The notes under the pieces are model-generated. The model worked only from the letters and a program-made list of their open reading frames with translations, ran no database searches and was not told the DNA's origin. The translations under genes and the position numbers were made by a program. Below, piece by piece: positions 1 through 12,454 of a DNA stretch of 64,000 nt. How positions within the stretch are numbered: position 1 is the stretch's first letter; each line of letters opens with the position of its first letter. The stretch lies in assembly GCA_964252035.1 (NCBI GenBank), contig OZ176205.1; one strand, written 5' to 3'. Source of the stretch: Podarcis erhardii. Its lineage: Eukaryota.

Positions 1-1560
1 GCACAAGATAATGCAAGATTTGCCACCTTATGATGCAAGCCTATACTAAAAATAATAGTAATTCCCTTTAAACTCAATAGGGTTAGGTTCCCAGTTAAGT
101 ATGTTTACATTACAGTTTATGGCACAATATCATGTAAATTTACTTAGAAATAAGTCGCATTGTTTTCAGTTGAACTTACACTAGAAAATACACTTAGGAT
201 TGCCAACTTGGTCTAGAAACAAATATGTTTCTGTCTAGTTGAGACTAACACTATCATAATAAATATTACATTTTTTTGCACTGCCAGATTAGGATATGTG
301 GATTGTCAGGTTGAGCTATGTGTAATCACTGTTAAATTATGCAAGTGATAGTAGTTACTCCATCACACCCTTCAAAGAATCTCATAGAAGCATTACACTT
401 AGTTGATTGTACAAGGCATCATTGTATAACATTCCTGCAGCATATCCATTTATAACTACAACCACATAGCTACTTCTTAAGATAATGGAATTATATATAA
501 AAATGTGTGTTAGGATTCTCATGCATAATTGTTTGTTTTTTTAAATGCAGCATCAACATACATGATGTTACAGAATAACATAATCACATCATTTTCCCAA
601 ATTCAAATTCTGTCTTCCCTGCTTTGTGGCATCCAGGGTTGTCATTGTTTGATGTAGTCCCCGAGGAATGTGGATTGGTTAACCTATTTGCCTATTGAAC
701 CATTTCTTTGACGACATCATGGAACCTCTGACACAAGCCAGTTTGGCAGCTTGTGCCACTCTCTTACGATCAGGGCTGGGGAATCTGTGACCGTCCAGAT
801 GTTGTTGGATTCTATCTCCCATTATCTATTGCCATTGGCCATGCTGCCAATGGGAGCAATTTCTGTGTGGCCACAGGTTCCCCACTTCTGGTTTATAGAG
901 CTTTAGCTGTTTCATGGCAGGCAGGAAATCCAAAAGGAGCAATGGCTGGTAGTGTTCATAGAGATACGGTAAAGACATGGGAACAGTACAACTCTTCATG
1001 CCTTTCTTAAAATTTGGACATAAAGCCAGTTGAAATCAATAGGGCTTGATTCCAAGTCAATAGGTTTAGGATCAAGCCTTTAATGTGAAACATAACTTTG
1101 TTTCTGTTGGGGGAAGATAATAATATATGAGACAGAGCTCAGTCCATAGCAAATCTAATTTGCTTCTTGGTTGCCTTGGTTTTGGAGGTAGGTTGTTGTG
1201 CTTTTTTGTTTTGCCCTGGAGTTGCCTCTGTCTCACAGGGTGGCCAGAAGGAAGTATTTACTTTTTCTTGTTTATGTCATATAGTGTTGCTGTTTTTTAT
1301 ATATGTATAAAACTTCCATTCCATAATTGCTTGCTGTGCTGTTGTTCCTTCATGGGTATAATGCAAGTCATGAGACCTGAAATGACTGTATACATACAAA
1401 ATATGCCCCTTTAGAGAAGCCAAAGAACATAAGAACCATCCCTTCCTTTGGTGGAGTTGTGAATAGGTTTTTCACCTGCTCTCTTAACTCCTCTTCCAGT
1501 TATTAAATAACTGGATAGCAGCCACCACATGGATCAGATGGAATTATTATGATTGAAGGC

Positions 1561-1563
<3 letters not shown>

Positions 1564-1597
<34 letters not shown>
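1564..1597. repeat. (GT)17 microsatellite
   Basis: Direct reading. Confidence 0.97.
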
Positions 1598-1601
<4 letters not shown>

Positions 1602-2269
1602 CTAGGCCTTGGCTTCTTTGGCAAAGACTTTAACACAAGTATTAGGGATAAACAGCCCACCCATCTTTGATGGTGGTATCAGGGCAACATAAAATCATAA
1701 TATTACATTCTACACACAACATCTCCAGGGGAAATTGTAGGGTTGATTTAACCACCCAACCACCCAACCAAAAAAGGAAGAATGGAAGAAATGGGGGGGG
1801 GGGGAAGAGAGACAAATAATACAGTTCCTTTCAAGACCATGTTCAATAGAAGGTATTTTCTCTTCCACGCAGTCAATAGCGTGGAAACCTGAAATTACAA
1901 TCACTATTGTTTGTGTTGGGTTAAACTCTGCTGAAATCAAGCTTCATTTATAGAAAGTGAATAAGCAAGCTAAAGTTGCAATTTGCTGAAACTGTGGTGG
2001 GAAGAGGGGAGAATTAGATTTCACAAACTTCACACCAAATGAAGTTGGTTCAATACAAGCTGGAGACCACTGATTTGTCAAGTTCCCCCAGGGCCAACTT
2101 CTGGTTTTGCTGTTCTCTGCATGCACAAGCTTCCCACCTCCAATCACTAGCATCTCCAGGTAAAGCTGTCCCCTGCCTAAAATCCTAGACAGCTGCTGCC
2201 TGTAGAAAACCCTGAGCTAGCGAAGCAATGGTCTGGCACCTTCCTCTATTCCTAGCCAGTGATTTTTAG

Positions 2270-4900
2270 AGCAGCAGTCGAGGGTGCTGTGGCCATGTGG
2301 ATGTCTTTGGACTCCAACCTCCATCAGCCCCTGCCAGCCAGGTCAGTGGGCAGGATCCGTGGGAGCTGCAGAATTCAACCACATCTGGAGGCCCAGTTTG
2401 CAAAGAACCTAAAAAGTCCATCTTTGGATTCTGCGCAAGGAAAAAAAAACTTTTAAAAGGAGATCCCAGGGCCTGGCTGCTTTTCTCTTGCCTGCCCCAT
2501 ATCCAGACGCAGGAAAGCCTCAGAGTTCCATCCCCCACCAAGAAGCTGAAGATGAGCAGTTTGGGGAAGCAGCGGCGGGGATTGCTTTGAATAGCGGCGC
2601 AGCCCAATTCCAAGCGGCTCCGGGAGAGCAGCTGAGCAAGAGTCCTTCGGCCTCCGTTGCCGATTTTTTTCTGGCTCCGGCTGCAGCCGGAGGGCGGAGG
2701 GGGGGGGAGCGCAGGGTGTCCTGCGGGAAGAGCCCCGCTGCCATGGAGGTTTTTGTGGGTGTGAGTGAAAAGATACAGCGTACCTCTCACGGCCTTTATC
2801 CGGGAGGAGAGATGGAGGCGTTCCAATTCTTTCTTCCCTGGAGGGCTGCCGGGGAGGCGAAGCAGGGAAGACGGAAGGAAGGATGGATGGACAGCCGGAA
2901 CCGCACTCGGAGCCCTCTTGTCCAAGCAGGACGAAGCGAAGCGCGCACCAGACTGTGCAGGAGACCCGGCCAGGGCAAACCCCAAGAGATCGGTGAATCC
3001 TGTGAGCAGGAGGGGAAAAAGAGGAGGAAGAAAGCGAGAATTGTTTTTTTCCAGAGACCCCAGAGGATCCACTACAACTGACTGGTTCCCCAGCAACACA
3101 CAGCTCTTTCAAGAGGCTGGTTTTCCGCCGCGTTTCCGAGCGTGCATTATCCTTAAATGTGGAGCTTCGCTTGTAAATCTGTGTGAGTGCGTGATCGTGA
3201 TGGAGCAACCACTGTGGAAACCCAAACCCAAGGTTGCAGTCAGCTAAGTGTTGTTCAGAGCAGATCCATTTGACGTCAGTGGACAGCATCGTGCCCATCG
3301 ATTTCAGTGTGGAACGCCTCTGAGTGGGATTGGATTGGGTTCAACTTTCAAGTTGCCATCCTATGCCTACTTACCTGGGAGCAGGGGCCACTGAGCACTG
3401 GGCGAACAACTCTTAGCATCGCCACGCTTTGCACAAGCCGAGGAAGAGTTCGGTGTAACAAGGGTGCCTTGCTTGTTGCAATTTTGATACTGGCTGCCCT
3501 TGGTTAAAGACATTTCTTCATTTCTAGCCTTGCCTTTTAGGTGTGCCGGACCTTTCATTCTGTAATTGTTTGACTCCCGCACGATCGAGATTTAGACTAG
3601 AATTCAATATACACGCTTACCTGGCAGGAAATGCCACTGAACTCAATTGGATTTAACAGATTGCGCTGTTCCACTGTAAACTCTTCGGGGCGGCGTTCTT
3701 TCTATTCAGTAGCTCATTTCACTTTCGAAAGGACCATGCGCACTGCTAATCTCTCTGGGTGCGCGCAGATATAGACATGGATAGAGCGATACTTTCTGAC
3801 ATTTAAATCCTAGTTCTGGAAGGGACCATTTCCCTCTCCGGCTGCTATATGTCTGTCAGGATGCTTTAGGCATGATATAATTTTAAACGGGGAGGGGGCA
3901 GATTGTCTCCACCTCTCTCTTTCCAACTCGGCATGGTGCGGTGCGCACCTTTGCTCAGGGCTCCATCCGGCAGGATGGCAGAAAGAGCGTCTCCCCGTCC
4001 CCCTCTGTATAGCCGTCTGCCCCTTGCAAAAGCAAGAATCGAAGACAAAACAGATACGAATCGTTTCCTTCAGTAGAATTAGCTTTGGAGTAAGCAGACG
4101 CAGGATCGCACCGCACCAAGGCCTGACAGGAGGCGCTTTTCACTGGCGTGGAAAGGAAGACATGGGGGAAGGGAGGTCTGGCTGGGTTTCTTTTTTAAAA
4201 AAGCATATCCTTCTTTATGCTACTATTCAAAGTTTATGCTAGGTTGTTGTTGTTTTTAAGGTGCCTGCAACATTGCCAGTAAGAAGCTGCATCCCTTGTT
4301 ATTTGGATAGTTTTTTCACTGAGCAGGCGTGATGGCAGAATTTAATACACAGGAAAAGGGGGAAGAAAACAGAAAAATGGGGAGAAAAGAGAGAGAGATT
4401 AGGCTTTAAGAAAAGACGCATGCATTATCCCTCCACCCGGTCCGAAAGACCAATCTTAATACTTTGGAGAATTTTCTTTATGTCTGTCTGTCTTTCTACC
4501 GCACCCCCCCCACCCCCCCCAATGCTGGTTACTTGCGAATAAGCCCCACTGAACTCCGTGGAGCTTCTATTTCCTCCTAAACGTGGGTCGTTGGAGCGAG
4601 CCGAGCGCCCTGCTGGCTGCTTGGGTGGGAGATGAAGTAATTGCTTGGATCGCCCGGTGAGCCAGCACAAAAAAAAGGAAAGGAAAGGGAAAAGTGGGAG
4701 GGGGAAAAGGAGCCTACAGAAACGCAAACGCTTGTCTAAAGAAAGCGACTTTGCATTTTGAGAAGGCCCCAAAGCGTCATTCACAAGATCCGTGCTCCTT
4801 CGCCCCAAGGGGACTGGACCTCCCTCGGTCAGGCCAGCGAAAATCCAAACAAAAACCTGTCTTGTTTATTTATCTGATAAACGGCAGGGAATCGAATTGA
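2270..4900. promoter_or_regulatory. Distal CpG-rich island about 15-17 kb upstream of LHX8
   Basis: Visibly high GC and CpG density versus CpG-poor flanks; contains the full CRE palindrome TGACGTCA at 3271-3278. Confidence 0.7.
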
Positions 4901-5670
4901 AGCCACAGGCAAAATCTGCCTGAGTCCTCTGTTGTGGCCTGGCTAGGGGTCCTGCTTCACGCCCATTCCAGCCCTCACTTTCTCTATGGCTACCGTTACT
5001 TCACAGCTATATGTTTACCTGGAAATTAAACCGATTACTCTTGTCCATCCCGCTCCCTCTGAATAAAATTTTGACGGTCTTCTCTTTACCAACTTCTCTT
5101 TCCTCCAGTAAAACAAAATTCAGCAAACTAGCACGCATACTGCATTTCATTATCCAACGTCACTGCAAATAAATACTGGTTACGACACGTAATAACATAA
5201 GACAATAATATATTGTTAGTATGTCAAAAGGCACATTATACTGATAGGGTAATAAGGCATGCATGCAACAAATCCTTCCACCTTTCTTCTTTTGAAACTG
5301 AAAATTAAATAGGACTTCCCCTGTGCACATGTTCCCAAGTAAGACACATCAGTTGTGAAATGTTCTTTTCTGTAGAATGGAACAAGAATTTTGCTTTCTG
5401 CTTAGGAAATTGGCAGCCATCTTTACTTTGTAAAATGACGCCTCAGGAAGAAGCCAAAGACCCATCTAGTCCAGTGTTCTCCTATCACAGGGGCCAGCCA
5501 GATGTCTATGGGAAGCTCACAAGCAGAGCCTGAGTGCAATAGCCCCCTTCCTTCCTGCCGTTTCCAGCAACCAGAATTCATAAGCATACTGCCTCCAACA
5601 ATGGAGATAAAACATAGCCATCATGGATAGAATCTGCCAAGAACTATATCCTCCATGAATCTGTCTATAA

Positions 5671-5789
5671 CAGGGTTTCCCAAACTTAGGTCTCCAGCTC
5701 CCATCATTCCTGACCACTGGTCCTGATAGCTAGGGGTGATGGGATTTGTAGTCCAAAAGCAGCTGAAGACCCAAGTTTGGGAAACCCTG
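5671..5789. mobile_element. hAT-family MITE, 119 bp
   Basis: Perfect 17-bp TIR CAGGGTTTCCCAAACTT; perfect 8-bp TSD GTCTATAA (5663-5670 and 5790-5797). Confidence 0.9.
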
Positions 5790-5881
5790 GTCTATAAGAA
5801 CATATGAACAAGGTTGACCCTATGGAGCTGTCAACCATATACCCTATCCCACACATAGGAGAGTAGAGAGTGTTCTGATTA

Positions 5882-6123
5882 CAGTGGTACCTCAGGTTAC
5901 ATATGCTTCAGGTTACAGACGCTTCAGGTTACAGACTCTGCTAACCCAGAAATAGTACCTCGGGTTAAGAACTTTGCTTCAGGATGAGAACAGAATTCAT
6001 GCTCCGGTGGCGCAGCGACAGCGGGAGGCCCCATTAGCTAAAGTGGTGCTTCAGGTTAAGAACAGTTTCAGGTTAAGACCGGACCTCCGGAATGAATTAA
6101 GTTCTTAACCCGAGGTACCATTG
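5882..6123. mobile_element. Tc1/mariner (pogo/Tigger-like) MITE, 242 bp, copy 1
   Basis: TIR CAGTGGTACCTC, TA target duplication both sides; near-identical to 34029-34270. Confidence 0.92.
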
Positions 6124-8730
6124 TACTTGAATATTTTTTGGGAGGAAGGCTCACTCTGCATGCTTAGATGCTTTTTAGTTCTTGCTAAATTTAATATTGA
6201 ACATCCCCTAATAAGTGTGTTTAGAACTGGAGCCGTAAAAGAGCAAGTAGTATTATGCTGAAAGCAAGCTTAAAAAGAGAAAGTGGAGTGGAGGCCCCAA
6301 GATGATTAGATGGTACTAGTATGCCTCCAATTCTGGCAACCAAGCTTGTGCCAAATGTATTGCTCTGCTTTCCTTTGGACCACATCAGTGAGGCTGAGAG
6401 GGGAGTCTTGTTGTCTGGGCAGCCCAAGGCCTTCATGCACAATGCCCAGGCTTGTGCCTTGGGGACGTCACTTTGGTGCTGCTGACACAGTGGTTTGACT
6501 TCACTCTGCCCCCCCAGAGGCACACTCCATTGTGTCTTGAGACACAGATGAATACCAACATACAACATACATCTTAACACACTTCCTGATTAGGAAATCC
6601 TACTGAAGACAGCAAGGCTTGCTTCTGAGTAATTGTGCCCAGACTTGTGCTGTTAGTCTCTTCATCAGAATCTAGCATAACCAAGACATGGAACCAATTT
6701 AGAAAGCTGTTAACTGTCCAGACTAATGTGAACTTGAGAAAGTGGTACTGACTGTTATTTCAAACAAATGAGCAGGATGTTTTAAAGAGGAACTAACTAG
6801 CATTGTTGGAAATATCAGATCATGCAATTTGATGTGAGCTAATGAACATTTTAACAAGATGGTGGAACAAAGTTCCAAAAGGAAGTAAACAAACAATATC
6901 AGTATTATCTAGGCCTGGGAAGGCAAGTTGCAAAATGAAAGAGCCCAAAATGCACACAGATGCACAAAATTTCCCAACCTTTGAAATTATTCAGCTTCCC
7001 ATGTGTGGTGAAGAGGGGTGTGTGGAAGTATCCCTGCACAGCTTTGCAGTGCTGGGGGAATCTCGGCTCTCCATTGCATTTCATACAGTAGAGTTTACTT
7101 CCTCTGCGTAAGTCAATATGAATCCTTTCTGTAGCAGCCATTGTCTTCCTTTCAGCTGGGTGGCAAATAGGTGATGAAAGGGGAGGAATGAAATCTCCAC
7201 TGGGAGATTCCATTTTCCTTTTTTCTTCTTTGAGATGTGGCAGACACTAGAAAGTGCACAGAGGGACAACATACTGACATCCCAACTTGATAAACTTTTC
7301 CTGTGTCTCAAATCCTCTTATTCGCTTTACCTGATTGTGGCTCAGTTGCTCACACAGCCTGATGTAGGCATGGATAGTGGCTCCCATTAATGAAGTTCAG
7401 CATGGATATTTGAAACCTGTCCTCTGAGAATAGTTCCCTCCCCCAGTGAGGACAGAACAACAGCAACATTTTGTATGCTACATTTTGTATGCAACACTTT
7501 GTTGCATTTTTGTACTTTTTAGTAGTTAGTACTGATTAATTTATTGTGCATTTTTGTCATATTAGTGCTATTTTAGTTTTGTTGTGTGCTGCTTAGCTAT
7601 GTTTTTAATATATTAAGGGTATAGAAATTGTCTTAACTAATTAAATAAATGATTTCATGGAGGGGGAAATCACCACAGAGGCCACATGGAACTCAGTGAT
7701 GCCACTGTTATTGGGTTAGGCAACAAACGCTGTTCAAATTTTAAGTACCATTAGTGGCATAACTTCAGTGGTCAAGAAACTCCAAACTACTCTCTTCCTT
7801 TGCTGCTGCTGGGGCTATTGAGTTACCCACTGTCAAGTGCGGCTGGATCTGTCAGCATGGTGAATCACTGAGCTGCAGGTGGCAGCTTGTCAGTGACATA
7901 CGTATCTTCAGGACTGAACTGACTCTGCCAACCCATGGGAGAGGAATAATTGGTGCTGTTCTGTGCTGGAATACAGGGTTCTGTTCCAGCTGTATTTTGC
8001 ATGAAAATATGGACTACCTGATCTCATGCATGGTCTTTGCTGTATTATTATTTTGTAGAAAGACAGGATAAAAATTATTCACAGTGTGGCACAATGTGCA
8101 ACATCACCTCTCTCATATGCAAGTATCCTTTGACCATGCTGTGTCCCTAGCCTCAATACTCTACACCAGCACAAGCAAACCTCCAAATTCCCATTCCTGA
8201 TTATTAGCAGGGCCATCCACATCATTAGGTGGGGTGAGGATACTGGCGGTGGGGAACTGCCAACAAAACCTTGGAGGACATAAGTGCATTGTCGAACATT
8301 CTGCCCTACACCCCCTAAGCTTGCCTGCTGCCTCAAATGCAATGGAATTCAAATGCAATTCAAATGCAATTCAGTGCTGAAGTAAGATTCAACTGCCAGT
8401 TGCTTCTATATGTGGAATTTTGGAAAGTGGTGCCACCTTGGTTTTAGGCACCAAAACATATTGGACTGGTCCTGAGTGTCAGGCCTCTGTGGCTGAAGCA
8501 GCTTCAAGATTTGGTGTAGCTGTAATAGGCCTCAGCCAGTCTTGATTTTACTACATTTTACTACACTGGTTGCTGCAAGTCAGAGTGTACATTTCAAACT
8601 CAGAGTGCATGACAATGGTTAGAATAGGAACACCACCTCTGTGGAGTATAGGGCAGTCCAAAGTTAACCAACTCACTTCAGTTCCCCATCCACATTAACT
8701 ATATTGATAGCAGCAGCAGCAGCAGCAGCA

Positions 8731-9060
8731 ATATTCTCATCCTGCATTTCTTCCAAGGAGCTTAAGGTGGTGTACATTGTTCTCCTCTCCTGCATTTTAC
8801 CCTCACAACAACCCTATGAGGTAAATTAGACTGAGAGACAGTGAATGGCCCAAGATCACCCAGTCAAGTTTATGACTGAGTGGGAATTTGACCCCTAGTT
8901 TCCCAGGTCCCAGGCCAGCATTCTAACCCTGGAATAGGCCCTCCAGATGTTTTAGACTACAACTCCCATCAGCACCAGCAAGCACAACCAAATGGTTAGG
9001 GACAATTTCCGTCACATCACATTTCTTACCTGAGCCAACCACTACATCACAGTGACTTTC
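8731..9060 (-). mobile_element. tRNA-derived squamate SINE (Squam3-like), interrupted at 8929-9040 by a MITE-derived insert
   Basis: ccctcacaacaaccctatgagg...gagacagtgaatggcccaagatcaccc body, tRNA-like head at the right end, (AGC)7 tail at 8709-8729; homologous to 25887-26065; family name from recall. Confidence 0.7.
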
Positions 9061-10616
9061 TAACTACACAATGCTTCGAGCCAATTTGTAATGAATCAAA
9101 ACAGTCTGAGATTATTAGTGTGGTGGCAGGGAAATAATACACACCTAGACTACTGCTAGTAAGACTCTGGTTGTGTACCATACATTTAAAGCACATTTAA
9201 GTTCCTGGGAACTGTAGTTTACAGAGCAACAATTCCCAGCATCCTTAACAAATGACATTTGCTGCCTCATAGGTAGCTGGTTTTTTGTCCGTTCTTAATG
9301 CCTGTCCATTATTACAACTCTTGCTTCCCAAGACTCATTTTATCCAACTCCAGTAGAGCAACCACGTTAAAAATAATTTAAATAAAGATGACAGGAATCT
9401 TCCACTTGAATAGTTGTCCAGAAGAAGGAATTCTTTCAAGAGACTCAACTCCCCACTACTACTAAAGATGCAAGAGACCTCTTTTCCTTTTCATCTATCC
9501 TAAATTGCAGGTTCAGGGCTGTATCCATCCCTCAATTGGCTAAAGCCCCAGAGGTCTCTTCATTCTCTGGTGTGGTGTTTTTCCACTGCCTGCTTCACTG
9601 AATCATTGTAAGCTAATCCCCACCCCACACATAGACATATACCTTTGCCAGGAGAAGTATCATTTGGGCCCATCCATCAAATATGGTTTAGTTTAGACAA
9701 TGGCTACATTCCTGTCTTTTCATATGTTAACTTATTACACAACTTGGTTGGCAGGAGAAATTTATCTGGCATAGGGATGACAAATTTCATCTGCCTTGAA
9801 GAACTGGGGGTGAGTTCCTGGCATATTTGGGTTGAAGGAAATGGGAAATCTAGACACCCCATAGCGTGCTCACAAAAGGGGGCCAAACAAGTTGTCATTG
9901 CCATTATGCATATGTATACATACACACACACACAAACACACACACTGCAAACACATCTTCATCACTCACCACCCCCGCCCCCCGTACCACTGATTAACAA
10001 ATATTTTTATATAAGCAATATGCCTTTCATGTTGTTAACATTTTGCTTTTTATATAATTCTTGTTGCTGGTGAAAAATAACTTTAAAAAGTTGTGACGTA
10101 CTGTGAAAACTTTGAAAATCACTCTACAATTTGGGAATAATAAACACGGTTGCCCCAGTAAACAATCTGGTGAAAGTTCATCAGCCACAATTCTATTAAC
10201 TCAATAGGATATATGATGGAGCCTTATGTACATGTACCTACCAGCTGAAATGAGTAGGACCGATTCTGAGTAAATACACGTAGGGCTGTGATTTAAGCAC
10301 ACTAATTTAATCTAGATTGGGTGCTTTATGCAGATATACTTCTCTCCTTCACCTGTTTACTTTCCATCATTTTTCTTGAGCTTGCAATTACACCAATTAG
10401 TACCAATTAGAAGGGTGGCTTGACTCTGTAAGGCAGGGAGGCTGTGGTTGCTCAGTGGTAAGTGAAAAGTTGCCTGCGTATCCTTAAAGAATCTATCTTA
10501 TTATTTTATCTATTATGGGATAGAACCTATGACACTACAGACTGGTTTCAAATCTGAGCACCACCTGCTCCCTCCAGCAAATCTAGACTCAGGGCACTTC
10601 CACACAGCAGTTTATT

Positions 10617-11134
10617 ATGGACTCTGTAGTTAAACCACAGAGCCTAGGACTTGCCAATCAGAAGGTTGGCAGTTTGAATCCCCGCAATGGGGTGAGCTCC
10701 CATTCCTCGGTCCCTGCTCCTGCCAACCTAGCAGTTTGAAAGCACATCAAAGTGCAAGTAGATAAATAGGTACAGCTCTGGCAGGAAGGTAAACGGCATT
10801 TCCGTGCGCTGCTCTGGTTCACCAGAAGTGGCTTAGTCATGCTGGCCACATGACCCAGAAGCTGTACGCCGGCTCCCTCGCAGTGGCGTAGCGTGGGGGG
10901 TGCAGGGGGGCCCAGCCGCACCTGACGCAACATCTGGGGGTTAGAGTTAGGGGGCGCAAATCCACGGGTTAGGGGGTGCAAATCCATGGGTTAGGGGGCG
11001 CAAATTACTTGCCTTGCCCCGGGTGCTGACAACCCACGCTACGCCACTGCTCCCTCGGCCAATAAAGCAAGATAAGCGTCGCAACCCCAGAGTCGGTCAT
11101 GACTGGACCTGGTCAGGGGTCCCTTTACCTTTAC
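10617..11134 (+). mobile_element. Sauria-type SINE, split by a nested hAT MITE
   Basis: tRNA-like head (gaatcccc), body aaagtgcaagtagataaatagg, 3' end ggtcaggggtccctttaccttta; halves join exactly across the TSD CTCCCTCG. Confidence 0.88.
10881..11049. mobile_element. hAT MITE, 169 bp, nested in the Sauria SINE
   Basis: Perfect 17-bp TIR CAGTGGCGTAGCGTGGG; perfect 8-bp TSD CTCCCTCG (10873-10880 and 11050-11057); internal 22-bp tandem repeat. Confidence 0.93.
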
Positions 11135-11495
11135 TTAGTGCTCGTGCATGCAAGCATTTCCACCGCCACCACCCCAGAATCCACATGAAGTCATCCTCAT
11201 CCAACTGCCACTCCATATTTTCTTCCCCGCTACACATTGCCACTACCCTTTCATCCAGAATTTCTGTTAGGGGGGTGGGTAGTTAACCTTATCAGTAGTT
11301 AACCCCACCCCCAGAAAAGGTAAATCTAAAATAAATGGGGAGGAATATATAAGGTGGTATTTTAATGAGGGCAACATCATGTGGCTTCTGCACAAAACCT
11401 GCATGCATGATCAGCCCTGAGTCCTCAATAAACTGCCATGTGGAAGAATAATCCTGGTTTCCCACAAGTTCAGCTAAATGGCAATGCATGTTTAT

Positions 11496-11888
11496 TTGTT
11501 GTTTAGTTGTTTAGTCGTGTCCGACTCTTCGCGAACCCATGGACCAGAGAACGCCAGCCACCTCTGTCCTCCACTGCCTCCTGCAGTTTAGTCAAACTCA
11601 TGCTGGTAGCTTCGAGAACACTGTCCAACCATCTCGTCCTCTGTTGCCCCCTTCTCCTTGTGCCCTCCATCTTTCCCAACATCCGGGTCTTTTCCAGGCA
11701 GTCTTCTCTTCTCATGAGGTGGCCAAAGTACTGGAGGCTCAGCTTCACAATCTGTCCTTCCAGTGAGCACTCAGGGCTGATTTCCTTCAGAATGGAGAGG
11801 TTTGATCTTCTTGCAGTCCATGGGACTCTCAAGAGTCTCCTCCAGCACCATAATTCAAAAGCATCAATTCTTCGGTGACCATCCTTCT
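11496..11888 (-). mobile_element. 5'-truncated BovB (RTE clade) LINE
   Basis: ORF 11503-11832 encodes the RTE/BovB ORF2 C-terminus (RVPWTARRSN.SILKEISPECSLEG...LQYFGHLMRR...WLDS); 12-bp TSD ATGCATGTTTAT at 11484-11495 and 11889-11900; short tandem tail. Confidence 0.95.
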
Positions 11889-12454
11889 ATGCATGTTTAT
11901 ACCTTGCTCTAAATCTAGGCCCCAATCCTACCTGTCATTTGCTTTTACGTGACATTTATACGACATTACTTTTATAAGACTCTTGTGCACATCTCAGCAC
12001 CAACACAGCATCATTTGCACACAATTTGTTCTCCTAGCAGATATTATTATGATGCTCCAGCAAAGAGAAAGTGGTACCAACAGCTAAGATGGGAGAATCC
12101 CACATCTTTTGCTTTCATCCTATGGTACAGATTTGAGGACATTCACAGTTGCAATCGTATGTATGTTTACTTAGTCCTAAGCTACAATCATAAACACATT
12201 TAATAGGGAGTAAATTCTACTTCAGAATAAATATGCATTGCTTTGCACGGTTACTACTTTTGCAACAGAATTGTGGGTTTCATGTTGAACACAACAGGGA
12301 AATACTGCAGTCTAATTACACAGGCAATGGGGTTTAGGGAGTTTATTTCAGAAATCCCTAATTTGTTCAGTTAGGCATTTTGAAAGAGACCGTTTTATTT
12401 TGTCTTTGTTATCACTTATTTGCATCACAGGCAGCCCAATTGTCGGCACGTAAC

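Noticed and set aside
3274-3295. Possible REST/NRSE site
   Set aside because: Only the GGACAGC half matches; the left half does not fit TTCAGCACC.
11507-11878. 123-aa plus-strand ORF
   Set aside because: Antisense shadow of the BovB ORF2 fragment.
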